From the IMG/VR virus record IMGVR_UViG_2531839524_000011: a DNA stretch of 38,945 bases; one strand, written 5' to 3'. A program made the position numbers and the translations under genes. Source of the DNA: a virus (Duplodnaviria > Heunggongvirae > Uroviricota > Caudoviricetes). The stretch's first letter is position 1. Each line of letters starts with the position of its first letter. Below, piece by piece: positions 28,174 to 37,712 of the stretch. The notes beneath the pieces were generated by a model. That model did not search any database. It saw only the letters and a list, made by a program, of their open reading frames with translations, and had not been told where the DNA came from.

Positions 28174-28761
28174 GTGCTGATTGGCTATGTAAGGGTATCA
28201 ACAAATGACCAGAATACAGACCTGCAACGAAACGCTCTTGTTTGTGCAGGATGTGAACAAATATTTGAAGATAAATTAAGCGGGACAAAGACAGACCGAC
28301 CGGGATTAAAACGCGCTTTAAAGCGCCTTCAACAAGGTGACACGCTGGTTGTCTGGAAACTGGATCGCCTCGGGCGAAGCATGAAACATCTGATTTCTCT
28401 CGTCGGGGAACTACGGGAGCGAGGGATTAATTTTCGCAGTCTGACCGACAGCATAGATACATCTTCTCCAATGGGGCGTTTTTTCTTCCACGTGATGGGT
28501 GCCCTGGCTGAAATGGAACGTGAATTAATTGTAGAGCGTACACTGGCCGGTCTGGCAGCAGCACGCGCACAAGGACGCACAGGCGGACGTCGCCCGAAGC
28601 TGACAAAAGAACAGAATGAGCAAATAGCAAGGCTGATTAAAAACGGGCACGACAGAAAACAACTGGCAATAATTTACGGCATTGGTACATCGACGATTTA
28701 TCGTTACCACCCCGCAGGAGAATCAAGCGGAACAATTGAGAAGAGTCAGGAAACAAAATAA
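28174..28761 (+). CDS. gin: Serine DNA invertase, Gin/Hin/Cin/Pin family
   Basis: LIGYVRVSTNDQNTDLQRNAL...GDTLVVWKLDRLGRSMKHLISLVGELRERGINFRSLTDSIDTSSPMGRFFFHVMGALAEMERELI is near-identical to Mu Gin as recalled; GTG start at 28174 (TTG at 28156 possible). Confidence 0.9.
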   Translation: MLIGYVRVSTNDQNTDLQRNALVCAGCEQIFEDKLSGTKTDRPGLKRALKRLQQGDTLVVWKLDRLGRSMKHLISLVGELRERGINFRSLTDSIDTSSPMGRFFFHVMGALAEMERELIVERTLAGLAAARAQGRTGGRRPKLTKEQNEQIARLIKNGHDRKQLAIIYGIGTSTIYRYHPAGESSGTIEKSQETK

Positions 28762-28796
28762 CCGCTAATCTGGTCATTAGCGGTTTTTGTGTTAAA

Positions 28797-29291
28797 TCAG
28801 AACAGCCCTTTAACTGAACTGGCCGCGCTGTTAAGAGATGATGTCACCTTATCTTTGAAGCCGGACAGCATATCGCTGAACGATGAGGATTGCAGGCGCT
28901 CCCGCAAATCCTCATCACAGCGTTCAAGGGTCAGTGAAAATTCTATCTTTTTCGCCTTACCGTAGCGATCAAACTCGGAACGGGTCGTATTCGTTTCAGT
29001 CAGTACATACATGCCGTAAATCTGCCCGACACCATCAATCAGAGGCCAGGGGCGTCCTGTATATGCCTGCGTGGTCAGCAACGAAAGCGACACTTCGCCA
29101 CCTGTAATTTCAGGATAAAGCACGCCGGAAAGCACGATGCGATCATCACCTGCGCCGATATACTGCCAGCTTGCTGAACGGTTAACGCGTTCATTTTTCA
29201 CATGCCGCCAGCTTTTGTTTTGCTGTAACTGCTGATGCGGCAATGTGCGCAGCTCAAAAACAAACATGCCGTAGATCATCATCATGGCCAT
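28797..29291 (-). CDS. U: Tail protein (P2 gpU-like)
   Basis: 164 aa; position downstream of the tape measure gene on the minus strand. Confidence 0.8.
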   Translation of the reverse strand: MAMMMIYGMFVFELRTLPHQQLQQNKSWRHVKNERVNRSASWQYIGAGDDRIVLSGVLYPEITGGEVSLSLLTTQAYTGRPWPLIDGVGQIYGMYVLTETNTTRSEFDRYGKAKKIEFSLTLERCDEDLRERLQSSSFSDMLSGFKDKVTSSLNSAASSVKGLF

Positions 29292-29297
29292 GACTCC

Positions 29298-32141
29298 TCA
29301 ATCTTTATCGTAAAAACTGCCACGCCCGGCACGGGCACGCCGTTCCATTTCTGCCCTGACCATTTCACCGACCAGTTTCGCCAGTTCGCGGGGATTCTGC
29401 GTAACAACGTTATGCAGATGAACATGAATTTCATCGCCAAATCCTGAGGCAACAGGTTCCCGGTTACGCGAAGGTGTTGGGGCTGATGCCACTGGCGATC
29501 GTATGGCCTCCGCCACCGGGCGGGAGCTGGCCGCAACAACAGGGACCAGCGCCGGAGGCAGCGGGGCCGGAACCACAGGCGTGATATTAATTGCGGGGGC
29601 AGGCTTACTGACCTGCGCAATCTTCCGCTCCTGCCACTCCCCACGAACGGCAAGTGCGCGGGGCAGGTTCTTAAAGACAATATCGCCGGGGCCAATGCGT
29701 TTTTTCGTCTCATCAACCAGCTTACCTGTGTTATCAGCAATTTTGCTGAGTCTGCGTAGCGTACCGGTATTGCTGTCTGTGAGCGGTTTGTTGTCTTTGG
29801 GTTTATCACCTCCGGTGCCATTGCCATTTTCCACAGGCTTCGGCGGATTGATTTTCGCCAGGTCACCCTGAAGCAAGGCAACCTTGTCCTGAAGAATGGC
29901 CGCACGCTGTGCGTCTTCGATTTTCTTTCTCGCCCTTTCCGCTTCATCCGGAAGCACACCGAGTTTTTCAAGTATCCACGCCAGCGTATCCAGCAACATT
30001 TTTGCTGGCGTCAGAACAAGCTGTAACGCGCCACCAAGAACGTTACCGAATATCTCGCCAGCACTGGTACATTTATCCAGAGTTTCCTTGCTGGACTCCA
30101 TCGGTGACAGCAGCGATTTAAACCAGTTAAACACCTGGCTGATCCCACTCCCGATTGCGTCAAAAACAGGACCAAACCGTTCAAAGGTTTCGCGCAACGG
30201 GGTCAGCCTTTCCATAATCCCGCTGAACACCCCGGCAAAAAATGCCCTGATGGGATCCCAGTATTTCCAGATAAGAACGGCAGCTCCGGCAAGCGCAGCC
30301 ACGATAAGACCAACCGGACTGAACAACGCCCCGATAGCGCCTCCCAGTAAAGAAACGGAACCCGTCACCATTCCCCATAGTGCTGGCAGAACCCTGACAG
30401 CATTCATTGATCCGGTCAGGAGGGAAAAACCAAGACGCAGTTTTGCCAGCGGGCCAGCAAGCACACCAATAGCCAGCGACAACGAGCCAACCGTTGCAGT
30501 CATTGCCAGCAGTGCACCGCCTGCAATCAGTAGCTGGCGCGTCAGTGCGGGATGGGCCTGCGCCAGCGCCGTCACCTTTGATACCACACGCGTGAGCCAC
30601 TGCGTGACAGAACGCAGCGGACCGTCAATCAGATCTGCAATGCGGATGCGCAACCCTTCCCATGCACTGCTGAGTGATTTCAGATCGCCGTCAAGGTTGT
30701 TGGCCATAACCTTTGCCGTGCGTTCAGCCTCACCGCGCGCGCCTTCAAGTTCTTTTCTCAGTTTGGGTAAGGAGCCGTCACCTGCCGCATCAACGAGGGC
30801 CATAAATGATGTGAAAGCCTCTTCTCCGGCAATGTCCTTAAAGAACGATACCCGGTCAACTTCCCCGTATTTGCGGGTAGCTTTATAAAGGTCAGCCAGC
30901 ACATCCTCCATCGGGCGCATTTTGCCCCCGGCATCCGAGACAGACACGCCAAGCTCTTTCAGCGCCTCTGCTGCCGCCTTTGGCGGTGATGCCAGACGAG
31001 CCAGGCTGGCACGCATTGCCGTACCAGCATCACTCCCCCTGATACCCATATTCGCCAGTACGCCCGCCATCGCTGCGGCCTGCTCCAGCGATATTCCCAG
31101 CTTACCCGCCACCGGACCTGCATATTTCATGGTTTCACCCAGTGCGCGAAGGTCAGTGTTGGTACGGGTAAACGCTGTGGTGAGTGTGTCGCCGACCCGG
31201 TCCATCTGGTCAGCAGAAAGACCGAACTGCGTCAGAATATTTGAGCCAATATCCGCCGTCTCACCGAGGTCCATACCGCCAGCCGTTGCCATGCTCAGTA
31301 CGCCAGGGAGCGCAGCCTGAATGGCCTGTGGTGTAAAGCCAGCCATTGCAAGAAATGCCTGTCCACTGGCGGCATCGCCTGCGGTGAACTGCGTTTCAGA
31401 GCCAAGTTTTAACGCCTGCTCACGCAGCGCCTTAAACTGCGGGCTGTTCTGGTCGATTCGCGTCAGTGCCTGAACGCGGGACATCTCTTTGCCGAACCCG
31501 ATCGCAGGCTGCAAAAAACGCCCGGCAGCATAGCCGCCCGCCGCTGCCGCACCAATTGCCAGCGCACCACCTGTTTTCAGTTTTCCCGCTGTTTCCTGCG
31601 CGCGCGAATACCGCTCACGCGCCCGTGTTACACGCGCAAGCGCCTGCCGTTCGCGTTCAAGCTGGTTGTTGTACTGTTCGGTGCGTCTGATGGCCTGCTG
31701 GATGGTGTTATCGCTGCCTGTCAGGGAAATGCCGTGGCGTTTCAGCTCTCCGCCAAGCTCCCGCATTTTCTGAATTTCCCGTGTGCGCGATTCATTCAGG
31801 CGTTCAAGCCGGGTGCTTAACTGCTGCATCAGCTTTTGTTGTTTTTCGCTGAGCACTGTACCCGTGCGTTGTAACTGATTAAGGGCGTTAAGCTGGCGTC
31901 GCGCTTTCACGATACCCGCATCCGCTTTACTGACAGCGTCGCGGGCGCGCTCAAATGAACGCGCCTGACGCTCGAGATTTTTGATCGCCCCCTGCGTTCG
32001 CTGGATGGAGTCACCAAACCGCCCCATCAGGCGGCGGGCGTTTTCGGCAGGTCGGGTCAGCCTGTCAACGGCGCTGAAAGCGACCCGGATATCAAGAGTC
32101 TTCATTGTCTGCATTCCCGCTGCGAAGTGCCGCCCGCTCAC
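29298..32141 (-). CDS. T: Tail tape measure protein (P2 gpT-like)
   Basis: 947 aa; coiled-coil N-terminal part, long Gly/Ala-rich hydrophobic central region; position between E/E' and U. Confidence 0.9.
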   Translation of the reverse strand: MSGRHFAAGMQTMKTLDIRVAFSAVDRLTRPAENARRLMGRFGDSIQRTQGAIKNLERQARSFERARDAVSKADAGIVKARRQLNALNQLQRTGTVLSEKQQKLMQQLSTRLERLNESRTREIQKMRELGGELKRHGISLTGSDNTIQQAIRRTEQYNNQLERERQALARVTRARERYSRAQETAGKLKTGGALAIGAAAAGGYAAGRFLQPAIGFGKEMSRVQALTRIDQNSPQFKALREQALKLGSETQFTAGDAASGQAFLAMAGFTPQAIQAALPGVLSMATAGGMDLGETADIGSNILTQFGLSADQMDRVGDTLTTAFTRTNTDLRALGETMKYAGPVAGKLGISLEQAAAMAGVLANMGIRGSDAGTAMRASLARLASPPKAAAEALKELGVSVSDAGGKMRPMEDVLADLYKATRKYGEVDRVSFFKDIAGEEAFTSFMALVDAAGDGSLPKLRKELEGARGEAERTAKVMANNLDGDLKSLSSAWEGLRIRIADLIDGPLRSVTQWLTRVVSKVTALAQAHPALTRQLLIAGGALLAMTATVGSLSLAIGVLAGPLAKLRLGFSLLTGSMNAVRVLPALWGMVTGSVSLLGGAIGALFSPVGLIVAALAGAAVLIWKYWDPIRAFFAGVFSGIMERLTPLRETFERFGPVFDAIGSGISQVFNWFKSLLSPMESSKETLDKCTSAGEIFGNVLGGALQLVLTPAKMLLDTLAWILEKLGVLPDEAERARKKIEDAQRAAILQDKVALLQGDLAKINPPKPVENGNGTGGDKPKDNKPLTDSNTGTLRRLSKIADNTGKLVDETKKRIGPGDIVFKNLPRALAVRGEWQERKIAQVSKPAPAINITPVVPAPLPPALVPVVAASSRPVAEAIRSPVASAPTPSRNREPVASGFGDEIHVHLHNVVTQNPRELAKLVGEMVRAEMERRARAGRGSFYDKD

Positions 32142-32310
32142 GCCAGCTAACCACTTCGCCGGGCGTCATCATGAAGATTTCGGCGGGCGACCAGTTAAAA
32201 ATAACGGCAATATCTGCCACAAAGTCTTCTATGTGCTCAAAGCACACAACCGTGATCAGGCTTCCGTCGCCTGTTCGTTCTTCCCGCCAGAGTCCGCACC
32301 GCTCAAAAAA
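32092..32310 (-). CDS. E' frameshift extension of the tail assembly chaperone (E+E' product made by -1 slippage)
   Basis: The -1 frame is open across the slippery heptamer T-TTT-TTG (minus strand, plus coordinates 32304..32310) and continues RKFFERCGLW... to a stop overlapping the T start. Confidence 0.5.
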   Translation of the reverse strand, partial: FFERCGLWREERTGDGSLITVVCFEHIEDFVADIAVIFNWSPAEIFMMTPGEVVSWRERAALRSGNADNEDS

Positions 32311-32621
32311 TTTACGGCAACCACACATAACTGAATAAAGTCACGGGATGCCATTTTTTTGATCGTCACTTCATCCAGTCGCGGTGATGTCACGCGTGAC
32401 AGCAGCGTAAACATGGATTCCGCTTTCAGATTCAGCACATCAGACAGCGACAAATCTCGCAGAGATCCAGCCTGCTCAATAGCCCCGGTGATCTCCACAT
32501 ACGTGATTTTTTCGCCGCTTCGCTCAATTGGTTGGGTAAGTTTTACGCCACGCTCACTGGTTTCTTTCACAGTGTCAGTAACTACCGTGTTTTCGGTATC
32601 GATGTTTTTCGTCTCTTTCAT
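32256..32621 (-). CDS. E: Tail assembly chaperone (P2 gpE-like)
   Basis: 121-aa ORF between the tail tube and tape measure genes; contains the slippery site near its 3' end. Confidence 0.75.
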   Translation of the reverse strand: MKETKNIDTENTVVTDTVKETSERGVKLTQPIERSGEKITYVEITGAIEQAGSLRDLSLSDVLNLKAESMFTLLSRVTSPRLDEVTIKKMASRDFIQLCVVAVNFLSGADSGGKNEQATEA

Positions 32622-32675
32622 CAGGAAACTCCTTTCAGTCAGAGGCGACGCACTGCGCCGCCTGCATATTACTTA

Positions 32676-33188
32676 TCAGCCAAGCCCAAGCGCGGAACGG
32701 ATGCGATCGGGCACAATGTCCTTGCCGTCCTTCCGGTAAATGAAGTTCAGCAGGTCAATCTCCCACAACGGGCGATCGTTAACGCTCAGCTTGTAGTAGG
32801 TGTTTTTAATGGCGTAAGTGTGTGATGTGGCTTCGCCCTGTTTGGCTTCCCCCATATCAATTTCCGTCACACGTCCGCGCATTTCGACTTCATACAGGTC
32901 GCTTTCTGCATCGGTGTAGTATTCACCCGCAAAACGCAGCAGCGTGCCGTCAATCGTGCCGCCATACTTAAGGAACAGCTCACGAACTGCGCCCCCCATG
33001 ACAAAGCTCGCATCAAGCGCGGAGTCGTCCAGACCGAGATCAATACTTACCGCCCCCATCATGCCACCACCCCGGTAGCTGTCGGTTTTGCGCGTCAGTT
33101 TGGGCAGAGTGACGGACGTCACCTTACCCACTTCGTTTTCACCATCCACAAACAGCGTAAAAAAGCGAAGATGTTTTGGCACAGCCAT
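32676..33188 (-). CDS. FII: Tail tube protein (P2 gpFII-like)
   Basis: 170 aa immediately downstream of the sheath gene; size matches FII. Confidence 0.85.
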   Translation of the reverse strand: MAVPKHLRFFTLFVDGENEVGKVTSVTLPKLTRKTDSYRGGGMMGAVSIDLGLDDSALDASFVMGGAVRELFLKYGGTIDGTLLRFAGEYYTDAESDLYEVEMRGRVTEIDMGEAKQGEATSHTYAIKNTYYKLSVNDRPLWEIDLLNFIYRKDGKDIVPDRIRSALGLG

Positions 33189-34372
33189 CAGGCACCTCCC
33201 AGCACCGCAAATGCGGGTTCAAAGTATTCATCAGTAAACGTCTGGTAAAGCTCCATATCTTCCAGCGGGGGAACAGGCGTATATTTGTAGCGAATACGCA
33301 CACGCCCCTGACGTAAATCCGTGGTGCTGTTATCCACCACGTCATACCAGCACTCCGCGCCAATCAGTTTCCCGGCAGTCACCAGTGAATCCAGTTTTGC
33401 CCTGATGGCGCTGATAACATCCTTCACGTTCGCAGGCGTCAGTGGACTGTCGATGGTTTCAAACTGCGCTTCCGCAATTGAATCAGCCAGCACCTGTGCG
33501 GTTCGGGTATACACCTCAAAGATGTAGGCGTTCGTTTCCGGTGTGCGGTTGCCCCAGAAGCGGAACCCGTTGCGACGAATAATGGTCGTGATTTCTTTGT
33601 TATTGAGGCTGTTGGCATCACTGTCTTCGGCCTGCAACGACCAGAACACATGCCTCGACATCCCCAGCACATTTTTAACCGGAACGTTGGACAGCGATTT
33701 GTGCCAGCCCTGCTCATGGTCAATGTACGCACGAAGGCCGCACGCATAAGCAGGAGCGGGGAACGTTTCGTTTTTGCCACTTTTCGGGTTGTAGGCGATG
33801 AAGTCAGGCCATAAGAGCATCACCTCACGTTCGTTGAATTTCTGGCGGTAGGTAATTGCCTCAGCCATCGTGTTACAGTCATGACATGAGGCATACACAA
33901 ACGCGCGCAGTTTACCCGCAATCACGCACAGGGATTTTGTCACCGCCTCCGTGTCCAGCTCCGGCGCGGCCAGAATACGCGGACGGTATCCGATGCTTTC
34001 ATCCTGCTCTGCAACAAGCAGCGCATACATCCCCGTATAGCTGCCGTCAGATTCAGAACCACCGATAACCAGTTGATCCTGCGTCTTACCGCCTTCTTCT
34101 TTGTGTTCAGCCACGCGAACGACGATCACCTTTGTGCTCACCTGGTCTGCGATGGCCTTAAGCGCACGATAAAGCGTCCCCGTTGTCCCGCATTTTCCCA
34201 GCACGTCATTGACGCGGGTCAGCAATGTGGGCTTGTTCAGCGGGAACAGCTTCGCGTCCGCATCATCCGCCGTTGCCACGATACCGATAACACTGGAATC
34301 AACATCATTAATCGCTGTTACCAGGTCGGTATTTTCCGTAACACGGGCACCATGAAAACGAGTTTCACTCAT
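33188..34372 (-). CDS. FI: Tail sheath protein (P2 gpFI-like)
   Basis: 394 aa; size and position match the contractile sheath. Confidence 0.9.
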   Translation of the reverse strand: MSETRFHGARVTENTDLVTAINDVDSSVIGIVATADDADAKLFPLNKPTLLTRVNDVLGKCGTTGTLYRALKAIADQVSTKVIVVRVAEHKEEGGKTQDQLVIGGSESDGSYTGMYALLVAEQDESIGYRPRILAAPELDTEAVTKSLCVIAGKLRAFVYASCHDCNTMAEAITYRQKFNEREVMLLWPDFIAYNPKSGKNETFPAPAYACGLRAYIDHEQGWHKSLSNVPVKNVLGMSRHVFWSLQAEDSDANSLNNKEITTIIRRNGFRFWGNRTPETNAYIFEVYTRTAQVLADSIAEAQFETIDSPLTPANVKDVISAIRAKLDSLVTAGKLIGAECWYDVVDNSTTDLRQGRVRIRYKYTPVPPLEDMELYQTFTDEYFEPAFAVLGGA

Positions 34373-34529
34373 AGCTTCAGCCCCTTGTATCCGTTAAATG
34401 ATTCGGCAACAATCATCACCCACCACGCGCGTAATCTCACCCCCTGCGCCGTTCTCCCGCCACGGCGACAACAAAAAGCAGTAACCCCCTCCGCACGCAC
34501 ATGCGACCATGCCGCACAGGGAGGGAAAG

Positions 34530-35639
34530 ATGACCGACACCACCATGCAATTGCTCAGTCAGAGCACAGACCCCGTGAAAATGCCGGATTTTGATATTCT
34601 CGCGGAGGGGGAAACGCTGTCCGGCGTGGCAGAGCGCCTGATGAGTCTGTCACTGACCGACAACCGGGGATTTGAAGCGGACCAGCTCACCATCACGCTG
34701 GATGATGCGGATGGTCAGTTGCAGCTACCGCCACGGGGCGCGCGCCTGACGGTTCTCATTGGCTGGAAAGGAGAACCGCTGACAGAAAAAGGCACTTACA
34801 TTGTTGATGAAATCGCTCACGAAGGACCGCCGGACAGGCTGACGGTTTCAGCCAGAAGCGCAGATTTTCGGGATGAATTTAACGTTAAACGTGAGGTGTC
34901 CTGGCATGATGTGACCGTTGAGCGAGTGGTATCCGCCATCGCTCATCGGTACGGTCTGAAACCGCAAATCAGCGAAATGCTGATGGATATCGAAATCGAC
35001 CACGCCGACCAGACCGAAGAAAGTGACATGTCCTTCCTTACGCGCATGGCGGAAATGCTGGGCGCAATCACTACGGTAAAAAGCGGTAATCTGTTATTCA
35101 TCATGCCAGGTGGTGGCGTGAACGCACTGGGCCAGCCGTTGCCATCGTTCGCCATCACACGCAGCAGCGGCGATCGCCATCAGTTCCGCATTGCTGACCG
35201 CGAAGCGTATACGGGGGTACGCGCTTACTGGCTTGATCTTAATTACGGGAAAAAGAAAAAAGTCAGCGTGAAACGCCGCAAACCGCCAAAACCCAAAAAG
35301 GAGAAAAGCAGCAGCCGTGAAGGTGATTATATGGAAGGCGCAGAAGGCAATGTGTTTGTGTTACGCAAGACTTATCAGAACGAGCAGGCAGCAAGACGCG
35401 CAGCAGCGGCAAAATGGCAGCAGCTACAACGCGGAGCCGCATCATTCTCCATCACGCTGGCGCGTGGACGCGCAGAACTCTATCCCGAAATGCATGGCAC
35501 GGTGAAAGGCTTCAAAAGTGACATCGACAATCAGGACTGGATTATTGCAAAAGCTGAGCACACCATTGATAACAGCGGCTTTACCACACAGCTTGAGCTT
35601 GAGGCAAAAATCCCGGAATGGATAGCGGAAACAGAGTGA
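34530..35639 (+). CDS. D: Tail protein D (P2 gpD-like)
   Basis: ATG 34530 after agggaggga RBS; about 370 aa; position between FI and ogr. Confidence 0.85.
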   Translation: MTDTTMQLLSQSTDPVKMPDFDILAEGETLSGVAERLMSLSLTDNRGFEADQLTITLDDADGQLQLPPRGARLTVLIGWKGEPLTEKGTYIVDEIAHEGPPDRLTVSARSADFRDEFNVKREVSWHDVTVERVVSAIAHRYGLKPQISEMLMDIEIDHADQTEESDMSFLTRMAEMLGAITTVKSGNLLFIMPGGGVNALGQPLPSFAITRSSGDRHQFRIADREAYTGVRAYWLDLNYGKKKKVSVKRRKPPKPKKEKSSSREGDYMEGAEGNVFVLRKTYQNEQAARRAAAAKWQQLQRGAASFSITLARGRAELYPEMHGTVKGFKSDIDNQDWIIAKAEHTIDNSGFTTQLELEAKIPEWIAETE

Positions 35640-35681
35640 AGAACTTAGAATAGCGGCAGCACCACGTTAAGGGAGGTCGCT

Positions 35682-35942
35682 ATGTTCCGTTGTCCGCTTT
35701 GTGGCGCATCTGCCCGTATCCGCACCAGTCGTCCGGAAAATGATTCAAACACCGTGCGGCAAAAGTATTACCAGTGTAACAACCTGGAATGCGGCGTATG
35801 CTTCTCAACACTGGAAGCCTTCCATAAATTCACATCGAAACACGCCTCCGGCGTTCACTCATCAGAAGGTATTCCGTGGCATGAGCTGCCAGCTTCACAC
35901 AGGGGAAACAATCAGATGAGTTTGCCTTTACCTCAGAATTAA
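35682..35942 (+). CDS. ogr: Late-gene transcription activator (Ogr/Delta zinc-finger family)
   Basis: MFRCPLCGASARIRTSR...YYQCNNLECGVCFST has the Cys4 spacing of P2 Ogr; last gene of the P2 backbone. Confidence 0.8.
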   Translation: MFRCPLCGASARIRTSRPENDSNTVRQKYYQCNNLECGVCFSTLEAFHKFTSKHASGVHSSEGIPWHELPASHRGNNQMSLPLPQN

Positions 35943-36030
35943 CAGGCAGAATTGCCGGGGTAACAAAAAAGCGATAGATTACGTGCGGGTGCCTTTCGGC
36001 TGATGGTCGGAGGGAATACCCGAAGGCCAG

Positions 36031-36216
36031 ATGTGGAAGGGCCCCGAGTCAACTTTAACGTTAACCCGAGGCCCTAACCATCTACCCTTAGCAAGTGATA
36101 GGTTAGCGCCTCCCCGAAAAAGGAGCAAGCGCTATGTCGCAAAAATCGCTTACGGCCATCACGTTCTGCGTGACGGCAATCCTCATCATCTGGATGCTGC
36201 ACGGTTCGCTGTGTGA
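36031..36216 (+). CDS. Possible mok-like overlapping reading frame (modulator of hok translation)
   Basis: ORF in a different frame overlapping the 5' half of the hok-like CDS, as in hok/mok/sok loci; true start uncertain. Confidence 0.3.
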   Translation: MWKGPESTLTLTRGPNHLPLASDRLAPPRKRSKRYVAKIAYGHHVLRDGNPHHLDAARFAV

Positions 36217-36274
36217 AATACGGATGAGCTTCTGGGGAGCGGAGTTTGCGGCGTTCTTACAGTGTAAGCAGTAA
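36134..36274 (+). CDS. hok: Hok/Gef-family type I toxin (46 aa)
   Basis: MSQKSLTAITFCVTAILIIWMLHGSLCEIRMSFWGAEFAAFLQCKQ: single TM helix followed by the SLCEIR ... AAF motif shared with Hok/HokA as recalled; below the ORF-track cutoff. Confidence 0.7.
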   Translation: MSQKSLTAITFCVTAILIIWMLHGSLCEIRMSFWGAEFAAFLQCKQ

Positions 36275-36451
36275 GGAAACCGCGACGGGGGAGTAATCCC
36301 CCGTCAATCAGTTGCCAGGATAAGGTCGATAAGGCATCCTGTCTCACTCTATACCAGCTAATCAATTGACACATATCAATAAAAAGCCTGATAAAATCAA
36401 AATGTTTTGTTACAAATGTCAGCTAGTAGAGGGCCAAAGGAGGCAGATTAT

Positions 36452-36784
36452 ATGGCATTAATCAAATGTCCTGAATGCCAGAAAGAGGTGATCGATTCAG
36501 TATTGTCTTGCCCTGCTTGTGGCAAACAACTGAAAAATCTTAAACGCTCATTTTTTGGAGAACTCATTAAGTGTTTTTTTATATTATTTAATATTTTTAT
36601 AATCTACACGATTTGTATTGGGCTAAGAGAGGTGGGTGAAATAATAAACAACGCCACATCCGATGCCGAAAAAGCCGGTACAGTTATTGGTACGGGCTTA
36701 GGTTTAATTGCTATTGGAGGCTTATGGGTTATTGGCAATATCATTATCGGAAATTTAGTATTTCTTACTAAACCAAAGGGATAA
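36452..36784 (+). CDS. Zinc-ribbon membrane protein (110 aa)
   Basis: aaggagg RBS; CPECQ...CPACG zinc ribbon at the N-terminus followed by two hydrophobic helices; AT-rich. Confidence 0.5.
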   Translation: MALIKCPECQKEVIDSVLSCPACGKQLKNLKRSFFGELIKCFFILFNIFIIYTICIGLREVGEIINNATSDAEKAGTVIGTGLGLIAIGGLWVIGNIIIGNLVFLTKPKG

Positions 36785-36788
36785 CAAA

Positions 36789-37682
36789 ATGAAAAATGTG
36801 ATTATTTCTATAGGCGCATCATTTATATCAATTAGTGTGCTACCTGCTCACGCAGCAACTGAGCATAATAACTTTAAGTCATCACTCCAGTGCCGAGCAA
36901 TAGAAAATAATAAAGAAAGACTTTCTTGTTATGATAAGTCAATACAACCGACTCGAACGACAGTTGCTGAAAAATTCGAAAGCAGAGATCAATGCCCTGA
37001 TGAGAAAGATGATGACAGACGTTTATCTTGTTATGACCGTTTTTTTTCTCCAACATTTACTCCGCCTGTAAGCTCAAAATCTAAAGTGAAACAGCTAGTA
37101 ACAACAGAGACTCAGCAACCAAATCTTTCTGAGATATCTAAATGTCGAGCAGAAAACGATAAAGAAACTAGAGTAAACTGCTACGATAAACTATTTCCAC
37201 AGGAAAAAGCTACGCAATCTAAATCAAAATTAGAGAAAGCCACAGACTCAGGAAAATGGCACACATCCATTACTACATCGCCAATTGATGATTCGAAAAA
37301 TGTAATTTTATCGTTAGAAAGTGATGATTATATAAGAACTCCATTTGGAGAAGCGGTTACCCCTACTCTGTTTATAGCTTGCCGAGAAAAGAAAACCGAA
37401 GTATTTCTTAATTGGGATGTATATTTAGGCCTTGAACAAACCAGCATGCTGTATCGCCTTGATAAACAGAAAGCAGTTGAGCGAAACTGGCTAGTATCTA
37501 CAGATACAAAGGCTGTTTTTTATAAAGGCAATGACATTAACTTCATCAGAAAACTAGCCAACTCAAACAAAATGTATGCAAGAATAACCCCTTATAATGA
37601 AAGCCCTGTAAGTGCAACTTTCAATTTAAACGGCCTGTCAACCACGCTAAAACCGCTTCAAGAAGCCTGTAACTGGAAATAG
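36789..37682 (+). CDS. Secreted/periplasmic protein with three C-x8-R(L/V)xCYD(K/R) repeats
   Basis: Signal peptide MKNVIISIGASFISISVLPAHA; repeats CRAIENNKERLSCYDK, CPDEKDDDRRLSCYDR, CRAENDKETRVNCYDK; AT-rich. Confidence 0.55.
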   Translation: MKNVIISIGASFISISVLPAHAATEHNNFKSSLQCRAIENNKERLSCYDKSIQPTRTTVAEKFESRDQCPDEKDDDRRLSCYDRFFSPTFTPPVSSKSKVKQLVTTETQQPNLSEISKCRAENDKETRVNCYDKLFPQEKATQSKSKLEKATDSGKWHTSITTSPIDDSKNVILSLESDDYIRTPFGEAVTPTLFIACREKKTEVFLNWDVYLGLEQTSMLYRLDKQKAVERNWLVSTDTKAVFYKGNDINFIRKLANSNKMYARITPYNESPVSATFNLNGLSTTLKPLQEACNWK

Positions 37683-37712
37683 TATAAATCATGCGGCTAA
37701 GCCACAATCACA

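Noticed and set aside
29282-31320. Plus- and minus-strand ORFs overlapping the tape measure gene (for example 29896..30888 at 330 aa, 29282..29971 at 229 aa)
   Set aside because: Overlap the 947-aa tape measure ORF, which has the expected position and composition; the alternatives are Ser/Ala/Pro-rich artefacts.
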